64,000 bases of DNA, taken from Candidatus Poribacteria bacterium (GTDB taxonomy: Bacteria; Poribacteria; WGA-4E; WGA-3G). The notes under the pieces are model-generated. The model saw nothing but the letters and a program-made list of their open reading frames with translations. It was not told the origin of the DNA and did no database searches. The stretch spans positions 364,499-428,498 of the forward strand of contig CBDFHD010000002.1 in assembly GCA_965247285.1 (NCBI GenBank). Direction: 5' to 3'. Each line of letters opens with the position of its first letter. Positions within the stretch are counted from its first letter, which is position 1. This document shows, piece after piece, positions 40,531 through 50,289 of the stretch. Made by a program: the position numbers and the translations under genes.

Positions 40531-41343
40531 CTATTGGGAAGCCTGCTTAACCTTACCCCATGTGGTCGTGAGGTGCCCCAATGGAGAAACTGGGAGAAAT
40601 TCCTCCATATTATTCATGACCGTCTCGATATCGTCTTTATCCAGCTCGCCTTTGAAAATGGCGACCTCGTCAATGACGCCGTTGAAAAATGAACCGCCTC
40701 TGTGATCACCCATGCTGACTCCGATTGCAAAGCCGTTCTCGTGATCAATGCTACCTTTGACCACGCCATGGTCAATAGGGCCTCCCTGCTGTTCTCCATC
40801 GACGTAGATATATCGCTCACCCTTTGTTCTGCTAAAAACCACCGCAAGATGATGCCACTTCCCGTCGTCAAGACCCGCGCCTCTGTTGTCACAAACTGTG
40901 ACAGGTTCAGTCTGCAGTCAGGTCCTGATTTGTCCTCCGCCACTGAACTTGACTTCAAACCCAGTCCAGTCTCCAGCCAGCCTTGTTTTACTCATTACGA
41001 AACCCGTGCCCGCATCCGTTTTAAACCAAGCGGTGGCCGTAAAGTCGGTCTTATCGCCGAGTTCAAACTCTTTCAGTTTGTCAGCACTTTCCGTCTCGAC
41101 CGAGGTCCCGCTGCCATCAAATTCCAGAGCACCGCCGAACTTACCTTCAACCCATTTGGGTCCGGCTATGAGCTCGCCGTCATTGCCATTGGGTGAGGAA
41201 TCTTTAGCTACATTTCCTTTACCTTCGTCAAAGAGCCATACCCCGATTGCGTCATCTACGCTAACTTCAGCTGCGCTTAGTAAAGGGAAGGCAGAAGTTA
41301 GACATGCGCAAGCTATGACCTGTATCACCAATACCCGTATCAT
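40531..41343 (-). CDS. Secreted LamG protein with in-frame TGA (Sec recoding or nonsense allele), 270 aa if read through
   Basis: GGQIRT-TGA(40918-40920)-LQTEPVTVCD...KWHHLAVVF is continuous in frame; ends TTTWGKVK. Confidence 0.7.
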
Positions 41344-41419
41344 CGATAGTTCCTCCTTACTTTCTGAGATAGAATGAAAATGGAAAAACCTGAGATAGAA
41401 TAGAAAATGGGAAAACCGT

Positions 41420-41605
41420 CCTCTTACAGCTTAATCTTACCCCATGTAATGGCAAGATTACCAGACGGTTTAACAGCCGTAATGGAAACTGCCAGCCCTG
41501 CATCAGGGTTCTAATATCAGCATCGGATAGAGCGATGTTGAAGAGGGCGACCTCATTGATGACTCCGTTGAAAAACGATCCTGCTCTGAGATCACCCAGA
41601 CTCAC
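41420..41605 (-). pseudogene. LamG C-terminal remnant with frameshift
   Basis: SFFNGVINEVALFN...LMQG then shifts frame to LAVSITAVKPSGNLAITWGKIKL*. No N-terminal part is present. Confidence 0.7.
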
Positions 41606-41938
41606 TCCACCTCTTCCACGTTGGTTTCCAAACTGTATTATCCAATTATACCCAACTCGATATATAATGTCAAGTTAACACCTCGATTTCGCCCAAATAA
41701 GCCAGTTGTCGATTGCAAAGATAACAGGAGTTGACCCAGCAACACTTCATCATTTCATCCGAACTAGTGTTGTGTCAACCCTCTGTTGAAGGATAGAGTC
41801 GCTTGAGTTTGATACGCGCATCTTTGGTAGTAAACCGCCATTGGACAGTCTCACGTCGCTCATTTCTTCGATTTTGCCATGCCTGAACCTCGCGCTTTAG
41901 GGTCTGTTGGTCAGATATACGTCGTCAACTACCCAAGC

Positions 41939-43231
41939 CTAAAGACTTGGGCTTGCGATAGCACTAAACAGCATTAGCTGTGTTGCGTTTTGCAAGTCCA
42001 AATCTCGTGCTTCGTTCGTGTTTCCCGCTTCAGTGAGGGTGGTAACCCACCGCTCTCCACGAAGGGCCGCAGCAGCCCTGAAAAGTATGTTTATCGCAGC
42101 GTTGTGGTCTCGGTCTAAAGACGTGTCACAAGACTGACAATCGAAGGTGCGTATCGCCAGAGAGAGCTTCTTTGGCGACTTCTGACCGCAGCAAGAGCAA
42201 GTTTGTGAGGTGTTCTTGGGATTCACTTGGTGGAAGTGGAAACCGTCTCTTTCGGCTATGTTTCCACACCACTCAAAGAACTTACCCCAAGACGCATCAG
42301 AGATACTCTTGCTGAGGTGTTTATTCTGAACCATATTGGAAATGCCCAAATCTTCAGCGATAAGGACGTTATTCTTCTGATGATGATAAAGTTTGTAAAC
42401 GAGTTTACCCATAAAATCTTTTCGCTTGTTTGTTGTGCGCTCATGGTGCAGGGCAGTCGTGTGAACGGCTTTTTGCCAGCGGTTGCTCCCTTTCTTTCGG
42501 CGCGATTGTGTTTTAGAGTGTTTATGGAGCAAGCCTTCTGCTTTACGATACCAACGTGGGTTATCCTCTTTTTCGCCTTCAGAAGTCGTCAGATAGTGCG
42601 TTGTCCCCATATCCACGGCAATCGCAGCAGTCGGTTCAACTTTCGCGGTGTTAGGCATCTCAGAAGTGATATGAGCATACCAACCCGACGCTTTTTTCAC
42701 AAGAGACACTTCTTTCGGGTCTCCTTCTAAAGGACGATGCATGTATATCTTAACTTCGCCTAACTTCGGCACTTTTAAGCGATTGTGCCGGTAGTTGGTT
42801 TCTATGATTGGGTTCTCGCGAACGCGTATTGTCTGTTTGTCAGTGTCTTTCGTCTTTTTACGAACCACTTTGGTATATTTTCGTAGACTCCATGTCAGAG
42901 AACGCACGCGCTTTTTGTAGCGAGGGTATCCTTTTTTCGCAGCGTTTTCTTTACAACGTTTACGGAAGGCAGCAAACGCTTTATCGTTTCTCCGTAGGGC
43001 ATGGTTCTGAAAATCTTGGGGAACCTCGCGGAAATCGTCATATTTCTCACGCGCTGCCGTGAGAAGTGTCTGCTGGTCAGTGAGCGAAACAAAAATGCCT
43101 TCTGTTTCATACGCCACAGTCCGATCATGGCGGGCAGAGTTCTGTAACTCACATAGGTGGTCTAACCACGCTAATAATGTCGTTTCCTGTGCTTGTGTCG
43201 GATACACAGGATAGGTAAAAGTCAATTTCAT
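41939..43231 (-). CDS. tnpB: RNA-guided endonuclease TnpB
   Basis: TFTYPVYPT HTH start, RuvC AVDMGT / IAEDL / DRDHNAAINI and CSCC...CQSC finger. Confidence 0.95.
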   Translation of the reverse strand: MKLTFTYPVYPTQAQETTLLAWLDHLCELQNSARHDRTVAYETEGIFVSLTDQQTLLTAAREKYDDFREVPQDFQNHALRRNDKAFAAFRKRCKENAAKKGYPRYKKRVRSLTWSLRKYTKVVRKKTKDTDKQTIRVRENPIIETNYRHNRLKVPKLGEVKIYMHRPLEGDPKEVSLVKKASGWYAHITSEMPNTAKVEPTAAIAVDMGTTHYLTTSEGEKEDNPRWYRKAEGLLHKHSKTQSRRKKGSNRWQKAVHTTALHHERTTNKRKDFMGKLVYKLYHHQKNNVLIAEDLGISNMVQNKHLSKSISDASWGKFFEWCGNIAERDGFHFHQVNPKNTSQTCSCCGQKSPKKLSLAIRTFDCQSCDTSLDRDHNAAINILFRAAAALRGERWVTTLTEAGNTNEARDLDLQNATQLMLFSAIASPSL

Positions 43232-43327
43232 GGTATATCGTGTATCGTGCGTTTATCCCCTAACGAGTGGGAGGCAAGCACGCCACCAAGCGGTGACGCT
43301 CGTTATGCTTGCCAACACGATACTCTA

Positions 43328-43356
43328 ATTATACTACATTTTGGACGGAATGTCAA
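43328..43356 (-). promoter_or_regulatory. Consensus sigma70 promoter inside element 2
   Basis: Minus strand TTGACA-17-TATAAT. Confidence 0.75.
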
Positions 43357-43853
43357 ATATATTTTGGTGTTTTGGTCCTTTCCAAGAGGGCGGTTTTTCC
43401 TCCCAAAGCTAAAGCATTGGGATTCCAAACCGAGAATTCCCTTGAACAAACCAGAGCGATCAGATGTGCTTCTTTTTCGCCATCAAACTTTTCGGGTCTT
43501 GAGGCTTTACGTTCTTTCGGATTCAGTAGCAGTGTGTGGCGGTAGACTCGAAAGTCTTTCTCAGTTGTGTGTTTCCGCAATTAGTGAGATCATAGCATGT
43601 TCTGAGAAAAAAGTGAAGAATTGATCGGCATTTAGTCAGAGCACACTTTAAAAAACGTTTGACTTTGGTCAGAAATTCTGGTAGAATAGGCGTATCTGTT
43701 GCAACCTGACACCTATCAGTGTTTTCGTCCACGCCTCACAATGGACAAAGTAGATGCAGAAAACCATAGACAATGCGAAAAAACGTTACTCGGTGGACTC
43801 TGCAACAGAAATTGTCTCTTTGAAAATCCGACACGTTAACGTTTAGGAGGCTT

Positions 43854-44588
43854 ATGATGATGATGTTAAAGCGAAGTTTGGTATTCAGTTTCGGACTCCT
43901 GTTTTTGGGGGTCAATGCGTTTTGCGACGTGTGGTACAGTGAGGGTTTTGACAACTTCAAAGATGGTGACATCGCTGGGCAAGATGACTGGGAAACAGCA
44001 ATGAACCAAAAAACTTGCCAAATTGGAAGCGAGGTGAAGCGCGGTGACATAGGCAAAAGCATTCTGGTCATAGAAAACACAATGGTCACCAGAAGTTTCA
44101 AAGGTACGCATGATGGAATTCAGTATGTTTCATTGTTCACGCAGCGGGAAAAGGGCGCGGGCACAATGCTGTTTTATATCGGTGGAGATGCCATCAAGTG
44201 GGGAGGGGCTGCCGTGTTTAATATTTCGCCGGATGCCACTATCAATGCGCTCGACGGCACTGCGGGGCAACCGGTGGCGCAGGGGGAACTGGGTGAATTG
44301 CATCATTTCCGCATCGTGCTTGACTTTAAAAAGAAAACTTACGACTTTTACGTTGATGACGAACAAGTCGTCGATGATTTCGGTTTTAGAGGCGAAGGGG
44401 GCAAAGGCGGCGTGAATCCGAGTCTAAGCTGGATCTTCTTCGGTTGGGACCACCCCACTGCTCTGACTGCTTATATTGACGATATTGAAATGGGAGACGG
44501 TGAGGGCGAAACGGCTGGCAAACCTCAAGCTGTTTCCGTCTCAGACAAACTCACGACCACTTGGGGAAGAATCAAGCAGCGATTGTAG
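43854..44588 (+). CDS. Secreted jellyroll-like hypothetical protein with TTWGRIK tail
   Basis: Signal peptide; ends AVSVSDKLTTTWGRIKQRL. Confidence 0.75.
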   Translation: MMMMLKRSLVFSFGLLFLGVNAFCDVWYSEGFDNFKDGDIAGQDDWETAMNQKTCQIGSEVKRGDIGKSILVIENTMVTRSFKGTHDGIQYVSLFTQREKGAGTMLFYIGGDAIKWGGAAVFNISPDATINALDGTAGQPVAQGELGELHHFRIVLDFKKKTYDFYVDDEQVVDDFGFRGEGGKGGVNPSLSWIFFGWDHPTALTAYIDDIEMGDGEGETAGKPQAVSVSDKLTTTWGRIKQRL

Positions 44589-44937
44589 CATTTGTTCATG
44601 TGATGGTCAAAGTCTGTCAGTTAACGGTAGCAATTTGCAATCAACGGGAGCTTGAAAAAAGTTTAGAACTTACAAAAGCACGGGTAAGCCATAAATTTTA
44701 GGTTTCGCGGACGGGGAGAAAAAGGATGACAGGAAGAAACGCTGTGTTCTTTATCTTCCCGACTTCCAATCTTCCAATGGATCTGCGGATCAAATCTCTC
44801 GTTACATGAAGAAATATTTTGGTAATTCAGGGTGCTTCCTCTCCCACAAGAAGAGGGTTCTCACAGTTCCGGTTTAATAACCCAAGTTGCTACTAACAAA
44901 TTTTGGACGTTTCAATGGAGTTTTTCAGCCACTTCCC

Positions 44938-45016
44938 CACCCCGTAGGGGTGCTATGTCTATAGAAAGCGGTTTATGCAAGTAATCGCACCCCGTAGGGG
45001 TGCTATGTCTATAAAA
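44938..45016 (-). repeat. Two REP hairpins of the RAYT-adjacent family
   Basis: CACCCCGTAGGGGTGCTATGTCTATA occurs twice. Confidence 0.8.
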
Positions 45017-45032
45017 GGTGGCAACTTGGGTT

Positions 45033-46973
45033 TTAATAGTAAAAGGTGTACGTCGGTCTGTCAAGAATAATGCTTAAGATATTCCAGAAGCTTCCCATGA
45101 CAAAATCGCCGAGTGCCAATCCGAGAAAGAGCGGCACTGCTTTCCGGTAGAGACCAAGCCCGCCATATTTTAAGACACTCCATTTCGCGAGCGCGCTGAT
45201 GATAAACGCCGCCCAGAAAAGGTGCAGATGGAAGGATACTCCGTAACCGAGCGGATGAATGGGCCACCAGAAGAGTCGACTCCGCACTGCTGAAAGCAGA
45301 GTTGTAAGAGAGAAACCGAATATTATCGCAGCGATATGACCGCTGTTTGCGTCTCGTGGCGAAGTGAGCCAGCCCTCAAGAAAGCGATACGCCCGTCCAC
45401 CGAAGCTGTTAATCTGCCCACCCACCTTGCCAGTATTAACCCCAAGTTCAAAGAATGTATCTACCAGCATGAAGATGCACAACGGCATCGCGATGATTGT
45501 TAGCATAATCATCAAACGAGAGAGACCTTTTACGTCAAGGTTGCCGCGTTCAGCAAGTTTAAACGCTTCAAGTTGATGCGGCATTGGGTGACTCCGGTTG
45601 TCTCGATTGAACCAGAAAAAGAGGGCAAACCATGTCAGATTTCGTGCGCCGATGCGCCGCGTGCCGAGTATACTGACAAGGCTATGGTGCGGACCGATAA
45701 AGGTTGTTGAGTGAATCGGGAAACCGATTTGTGCTCGAATGCGTGTAAGTGGAATCGCAATCGTTGCAAAATGTGCGGCGAAAAATAGCACCGCGATCCA
45801 CATCGCCATTCCACCGCGCATCGCGAATCCGATGATGAATATTCCACCGAAAATAATCCCCAAAAGTGCGGTTCGATAGCGCATCGGTTCTTCTGCGTCC
45901 GCTGTTTGGTTTCGTCCAAACGCTGTGCGGAATGCCCGCCAAATCTGCCGTCGTGTGCTCCAAAGGGCGATTGTGCAGATACCGATGTATGCCCCGGTAT
46001 TCTGCTCGTACGGATAGGGAAAGCCAGGGACGTTTTCCAATCCGGTGAGGATAGCGATAAAATATTGCACTTTATAAAGAAAGAAAAAGAGCAGGCATGA
46101 TGAAAGCAAATCTAATGGCATTAGGAAGCCGAGTCCGACGGCAAACGGATAGATAATGATTGCATTCCCACCGCGGAGAAAGGCTGTCCACGGCCTTTCA
46201 GTGAATAATGCATCGAGAGGTATATGCTTATTTGGGAAAGTCGGAATTGAAGGAAAAAAGATGTTAAGCCCGTTGGCAAGACTGATGATGGACGCGATGC
46301 CGAACCCCCACCACATCGCCCGGCTCCGAAGGAATTGATTTGTGTTATAAGCGAGTTGATACGGAAGTTCAACAATCGGATACACGAGACGTTCCTGCTC
46401 CGTCCACTGTTTTCGGATGATAACATTGATACACTGCATCACGAAGATAAGCGCAAAAGTGAAGGTGCACCACCAGAACGTCGGTGTTACCCATTTCTTC
46501 ACATAATGGGTTTCAAAAAACGGTGCATCGCCGAGATAGAACGCACGGAGCACTTTCGGATCGTTGATTGTTAACCAATCCGGCAGATACCCCCAAAACA
46601 ACTCGCGCCATTCGTTTTCAGGCGTGCCGAAATAGGAAGCGTGAACGATAATTGAGACGAGCGGAAGAAACATGTCGTAAGACATGAACAGCAATGTTAT
46701 TGACATCAGGACATAGAGGCTGATCAGTTCACCACTGGTTAGCGCATGCTTCGCGGCGTATTTCTTTACAGCGATGTTGAGCACCGCAATGATCAGGAGT
46801 GTAAACACTACGCTGTAGAAGGGTGCCATCAATGTTGGAAAGGTGTATCGGAGGGCTTCACATTCAATATGCCATTTGTAGATGAACGGCAGGAGTAGCA
46901 GGGATATGAGGATGGTACGCGCGGTGATTTTTTCGGGTGTCGGCATGCGTGTCGGTGGACTTAAAGGAGACAT
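45033..46973 (-). CDS. DUF6785/DUF6784-type polytopic membrane protein
   Basis: GTPENEW and WWPIHPLGY...PLFLGLALG motifs; paralog of 32032-33993. Confidence 0.75.
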   Translation of the reverse strand: MSPLSPPTRMPTPEKITARTILISLLLLPFIYKWHIECEALRYTFPTLMAPFYSVVFTLLIIAVLNIAVKKYAAKHALTSGELISLYVLMSITLLFMSYDMFLPLVSIIVHASYFGTPENEWRELFWGYLPDWLTINDPKVLRAFYLGDAPFFETHYVKKWVTPTFWWCTFTFALIFVMQCINVIIRKQWTEQERLVYPIVELPYQLAYNTNQFLRSRAMWWGFGIASIISLANGLNIFFPSIPTFPNKHIPLDALFTERPWTAFLRGGNAIIIYPFAVGLGFLMPLDLLSSCLLFFFLYKVQYFIAILTGLENVPGFPYPYEQNTGAYIGICTIALWSTRRQIWRAFRTAFGRNQTADAEEPMRYRTALLGIIFGGIFIIGFAMRGGMAMWIAVLFFAAHFATIAIPLTRIRAQIGFPIHSTTFIGPHHSLVSILGTRRIGARNLTWFALFFWFNRDNRSHPMPHQLEAFKLAERGNLDVKGLSRLMIMLTIIAMPLCIFMLVDTFFELGVNTGKVGGQINSFGGRAYRFLEGWLTSPRDANSGHIAAIIFGFSLTTLLSAVRSRLFWWPIHPLGYGVSFHLHLFWAAFIISALAKWSVLKYGGLGLYRKAVPLFLGLALGDFVMGSFWNILSIILDRPTYTFYY

Positions 46974-47116
46974 AGTGAAAGTTTAGCGAATGAATAGGCG
47001 GTCGGTGAAAAGTCGTGGTGTGTTCTGGCAGAAATGTGAACCTTCTCCTTGTATTTTACGTTTATTCAGGTAAAAGTTCAAGAAAATCCATTGTGAGCAT
47101 CGGGGGATGTTTGGTT

Positions 47117-48259
47117 ATGAAAATTACACAGGTTGAAGCGTTCGCGCTCCGATACCAAACGGAGAAATCATCAGAAGAACACGCTGACAATTATTACTTG
47201 CCTGACGAAGGATGGCGTTGCATCTACGCACGTCACCATGAAACGATGGTTGTGCGGATCACTACGTCAGATGGCATCGTAGGATATGGCGAAGGACAAA
47301 GTCCTGTCTCACCGCGCACGTCGAAGACAATCGTCGAAGATTTGTGTCGTCCGATACTGATGGAGAAAGACCCGTTTGACGTGGAATACCTTTGGCAACG
47401 TATGTTTACGGCGATGCGGGAACGTGGACACTATACCGGCTTTTTTATCGATGCACTCGCTGGGTGTGACATTGCCCTGTGGGACATCATCGGGAAAGCG
47501 ACAGGTAAACCCGTTCACAAAGTGCTGGGTGGCCGCTATCGGGATCGGATTCCTTTATACGCCGGTGTAGGAGGCAGCACACCGGAAGCGGCGGCGGCAC
47601 AAGCGGCTAAATATGTCTCACAGGGTTATGGCGGATTGAAGATTCACGCGACACACAGTCGCGCCGAGATTTTGGAGATCGTCGCAGCCGTGCGCGAACA
47701 GGTCGGTCCACAGATTAAGTTGATGGTGGATGTCCATACCCAGTACAGTGTTCCAGAGGCGACGCTGCTCGGACGCGGGCTTGAGAAATTAGACGTGATG
47801 TGGTTAGAGTCGCCGACGGCACCAGAGGACATCCCCGGACAAGCGGCATTGGCACAGGCACTGGATATGTCAGTCGCTATCGGGGAATGGACACGCACCC
47901 GTTATGAGTTACGGGAGGTATTTGAGCGTCGCGCCTGCGACATTACCATGCCCGATATTGCCCGTACTGGACTCACGGAAGGGAAACGCATCGCAAGCCT
48001 CGCCGATACCTATAACATTCCGGTGACACCGCACATCGGTGGCGGTGGCATCCTCTCGATTGCCGCAACGGTGCAATTTTCAGCGACGATCCCCAACTTC
48101 TTGATTATGGAGCATTCCCCTGAGGCGTATGAATCGAAAGGGCAAATCACCACGCGAATGCCGACGGTCGAGGATGGGGCTTTCGTCATTGATGATATGC
48201 CCGGACTCGGTATTGTTATTGACACGGAAGCGTTGGAAGCCTTCGCAATAGGCAGTTAA
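47117..48259 (+). CDS. Mandelate racemase/muconate lactonizing (enolase superfamily) dehydratase
   Basis: D.ALWDI.GK, LMVD, WLE.P, IGE, PH and PGLG motifs. Confidence 0.9.
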   Translation: MKITQVEAFALRYQTEKSSEEHADNYYLPDEGWRCIYARHHETMVVRITTSDGIVGYGEGQSPVSPRTSKTIVEDLCRPILMEKDPFDVEYLWQRMFTAMRERGHYTGFFIDALAGCDIALWDIIGKATGKPVHKVLGGRYRDRIPLYAGVGGSTPEAAAAQAAKYVSQGYGGLKIHATHSRAEILEIVAAVREQVGPQIKLMVDVHTQYSVPEATLLGRGLEKLDVMWLESPTAPEDIPGQAALAQALDMSVAIGEWTRTRYELREVFERRACDITMPDIARTGLTEGKRIASLADTYNIPVTPHIGGGGILSIAATVQFSATIPNFLIMEHSPEAYESKGQITTRMPTVEDGAFVIDDMPGLGIVIDTEALEAFAIGS

Positions 48260-49203
48260 TACCCTTTTTCCTTATCTACAACATTCGTGAGCGGTTCTCC
48301 CTTCACGTATTTGCGCATGTTGTCGATAAACAGTTCCATCGCGCGTTTGGCGATATTCTGCGAGGCACCAGCGGTATGGGACGTTAGGATCACGTTCGGA
48401 AGTGTCCATAATGGATTGTCTTCTGGACACGGTTCCGTATAAGTCACGTCCAGTCCAGCACCCGCCAATTTCCCACTTTTCAGCGCGGCGATAAGTGCGT
48501 CCTCGTCGACCACCTTACCGCGACTGACGTTGACGAAGAAGCAGCCATCTGGTAAGGCATCGAATTCTGCATGGGATAGCAGTTTATGGGTTTGCGGTGT
48601 GATTGGACAGCATACCGTCAAAACGTCGCAGCGAGACAGGAACTCCGGTAGCCAGTCGAGTTGCCCCAATTCATCGACGGTGTCTGGCTTCTCCATCGGT
48701 TCGGGATCGACAGCAATTACGTTGAATTCGAAGGCTTTGGCACGTTGCGCGACCGCTCTGCCGATACCCCCAAGTCCGAGAATGCCCATCGTCATTCCGG
48801 ATACCTCAACGCATAGTGTCCACTTCCACTCCTTATCACGCATCAAATCGAGTTGTGCGTTAATCCCACGTGTCAGGGACAGTAGCAACGCGAAGGCGTG
48901 TTCGGCGAGTTGGGGTCCATACAGACGCTTGCTGTTTATCAGTGTGATGGGGCTTTCCTTGAAGGCGGGGTACATTGACCTTTCTACCCCCACGAAAGGT
49001 TGCATCACCCACTGTAGGGATTTCGCATGAGGGAGTGCATCTTCCGACACCACTCCGTAAAGAATTTCAACATCTGAAAGGTGGTCTTTAAGTTGCTCAC
49101 CTTCCGGTAGAAAGCTGATTTCCATTTCCGAGGGTGCGCCCCCCAGCATATCCGCGACCTCTTGGCTAATTCCACTGGCAATCAAGACTTTGATTTTCGC
49201 CAT
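48256..49203 (-). CDS. D-2-hydroxyacid dehydrogenase
   Basis: GILGLGGIG, NVSRG.VVDE, LDV..EP and HTAG motifs. Confidence 0.92.
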   Translation of the reverse strand: MAKIKVLIASGISQEVADMLGGAPSEMEISFLPEGEQLKDHLSDVEILYGVVSEDALPHAKSLQWVMQPFVGVERSMYPAFKESPITLINSKRLYGPQLAEHAFALLLSLTRGINAQLDLMRDKEWKWTLCVEVSGMTMGILGLGGIGRAVAQRAKAFEFNVIAVDPEPMEKPDTVDELGQLDWLPEFLSRCDVLTVCCPITPQTHKLLSHAEFDALPDGCFFVNVSRGKVVDEDALIAALKSGKLAGAGLDVTYTEPCPEDNPLWTLPNVILTSHTAGASQNIAKRAMELFIDNMRKYVKGEPLTNVVDKEKGY

Positions 49204-49614
49204 TGATAATCTCCTTCGTTATAGAATGTTCTGTGATGATGGTTCACATAAACCGAAGTTTATCACAAATCAGGGAGACTGTCAACAGGAACATTTACAT
49301 AATTTTTCTTGAAAAATAATGCAGGAATTGTTAATATTGTTAGTATCAACAATACCTTCGCCAACTTATCCAGGCCTGAGTTGAGCAGGTGTTTGATGAA
49401 TAGAGCCAATAGAATTCAGATGTTCAGTGAGTTGGTCAATAACAATAGGTTCAGGTTTTTGTGGAAGCCTTTTTAATGTTTCTTGTAAATACTTCAGTCC
49501 ACGGTAGTGCGTTTTGAGATCTAAGACGCTAAAGTCAGTGTTTTGTATTGGTAAAGCGAGGAGAAAAACAAGCGCAATGAAGTGCGCTATTACAAACCTA
49601 AGGAGGATATACGC

Positions 49615-50214
49615 ATGAAATATATGCGGTTGTTATTGATTCAATTTGTACTGCTTGTATTGGGATTGGTCGGTTATTGCATTGCTACTGAGATTGGCTT
49701 TGAAGCCGAAGATGCAGATGAAATTGTAGAAATCATGGAAATTTATGAAGATAAGAAAGCTTCAGGCGGTATGTATATATCGGCGGGAAAGGGCGGGGGT
49801 GGTCGCCACCCCGGTAAAGCCGATTTCGTGATTAACGTTAGAACACCCGGTCAGTACACGATGTGGGGGCGGGTGATTGCCCAAGATACGGCGAAGGACT
49901 CTTTCCATATCACAGTCGATCAGAAGAAAAGTCCACAACCGGGTGATGCCAACATGATCTGGGATACAGGTCAGCATCAGGAGTGGACGTGGGCAAAAGT
50001 AAAATGGCGCGAAAAGAATCCGTTGACCTTTGATCTGAAACCGGGGAAACATACCGTTACATTTTGGTCTAGGGAAGGCGATACCCGTTTGGATGCCGTT
50101 TACATGGCAATAGACCCCAACGCTGTCCCCAAACTACCGAATGAAATTGAGGGTTTTGCTGTGCATCCCCGGAATCGCTTAACGACAACTTGGGCGGAGC
50201 TAAAAAAACGGTAG
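49615..50214 (+). CDS. Secreted CBM-like (galactose-binding fold) protein with TTWAELK tail
   Basis: AGGAGG RBS, signal peptide, FEAED, G.YT.W.R, DSF and L.PG.HT motifs. Confidence 0.7.
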   Translation: MKYMRLLLIQFVLLVLGLVGYCIATEIGFEAEDADEIVEIMEIYEDKKASGGMYISAGKGGGGRHPGKADFVINVRTPGQYTMWGRVIAQDTAKDSFHITVDQKKSPQPGDANMIWDTGQHQEWTWAKVKWREKNPLTFDLKPGKHTVTFWSREGDTRLDAVYMAIDPNAVPKLPNEIEGFAVHPRNRLTTTWAELKKR

Positions 50215-50289
50215 GGCTGGACTCAAGCACTGTGACATCAGAGCTGTTAGTCCTAACGGGTGGAGACCAGATGACTTGACACAACTTAA

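Larger units (their letters stand above)
41924..43441 (-). mobile_element. tnpB-only IS200/IS605 element 2, inserted 3' of TCAA
   Basis: Left end (minus strand): TCAA|16 nt|GAAT|CCCAATGCTTTAGCTTTGGG. Right end: CAAG|CCCAAGTCTTTAGGCTTGGG-TAGT-TGAC|. Confidence 0.85.
41772..43530 (-). mobile_element. Internally deleted IS630-family transposase remnant, interrupted by element 2; outer ends approximate
   Basis: Left flank encodes NPKERK..RPEKFDGEKEAHLIALVCS. Right flank encodes RRISDQQTLKREVQAWQNRRN...WRFTTKDARIKLKRLYP*. They join in frame when element 2 is removed. Confidence 0.75.

Noticed and set aside
49340-49600. Possible riboswitch (CTTATCCAG resembles a SAM-I start)
   Set aside because: Remaining SAM-I conserved elements and helices were not found; left as an unexplained long intergenic region.
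50275-50285. TTGACACAAC match to the IS630 remnant end as the cause of the DUF4159 truncation
   Set aside because: Only 10 nt of identity and no other IS sequence nearby; could be chance.
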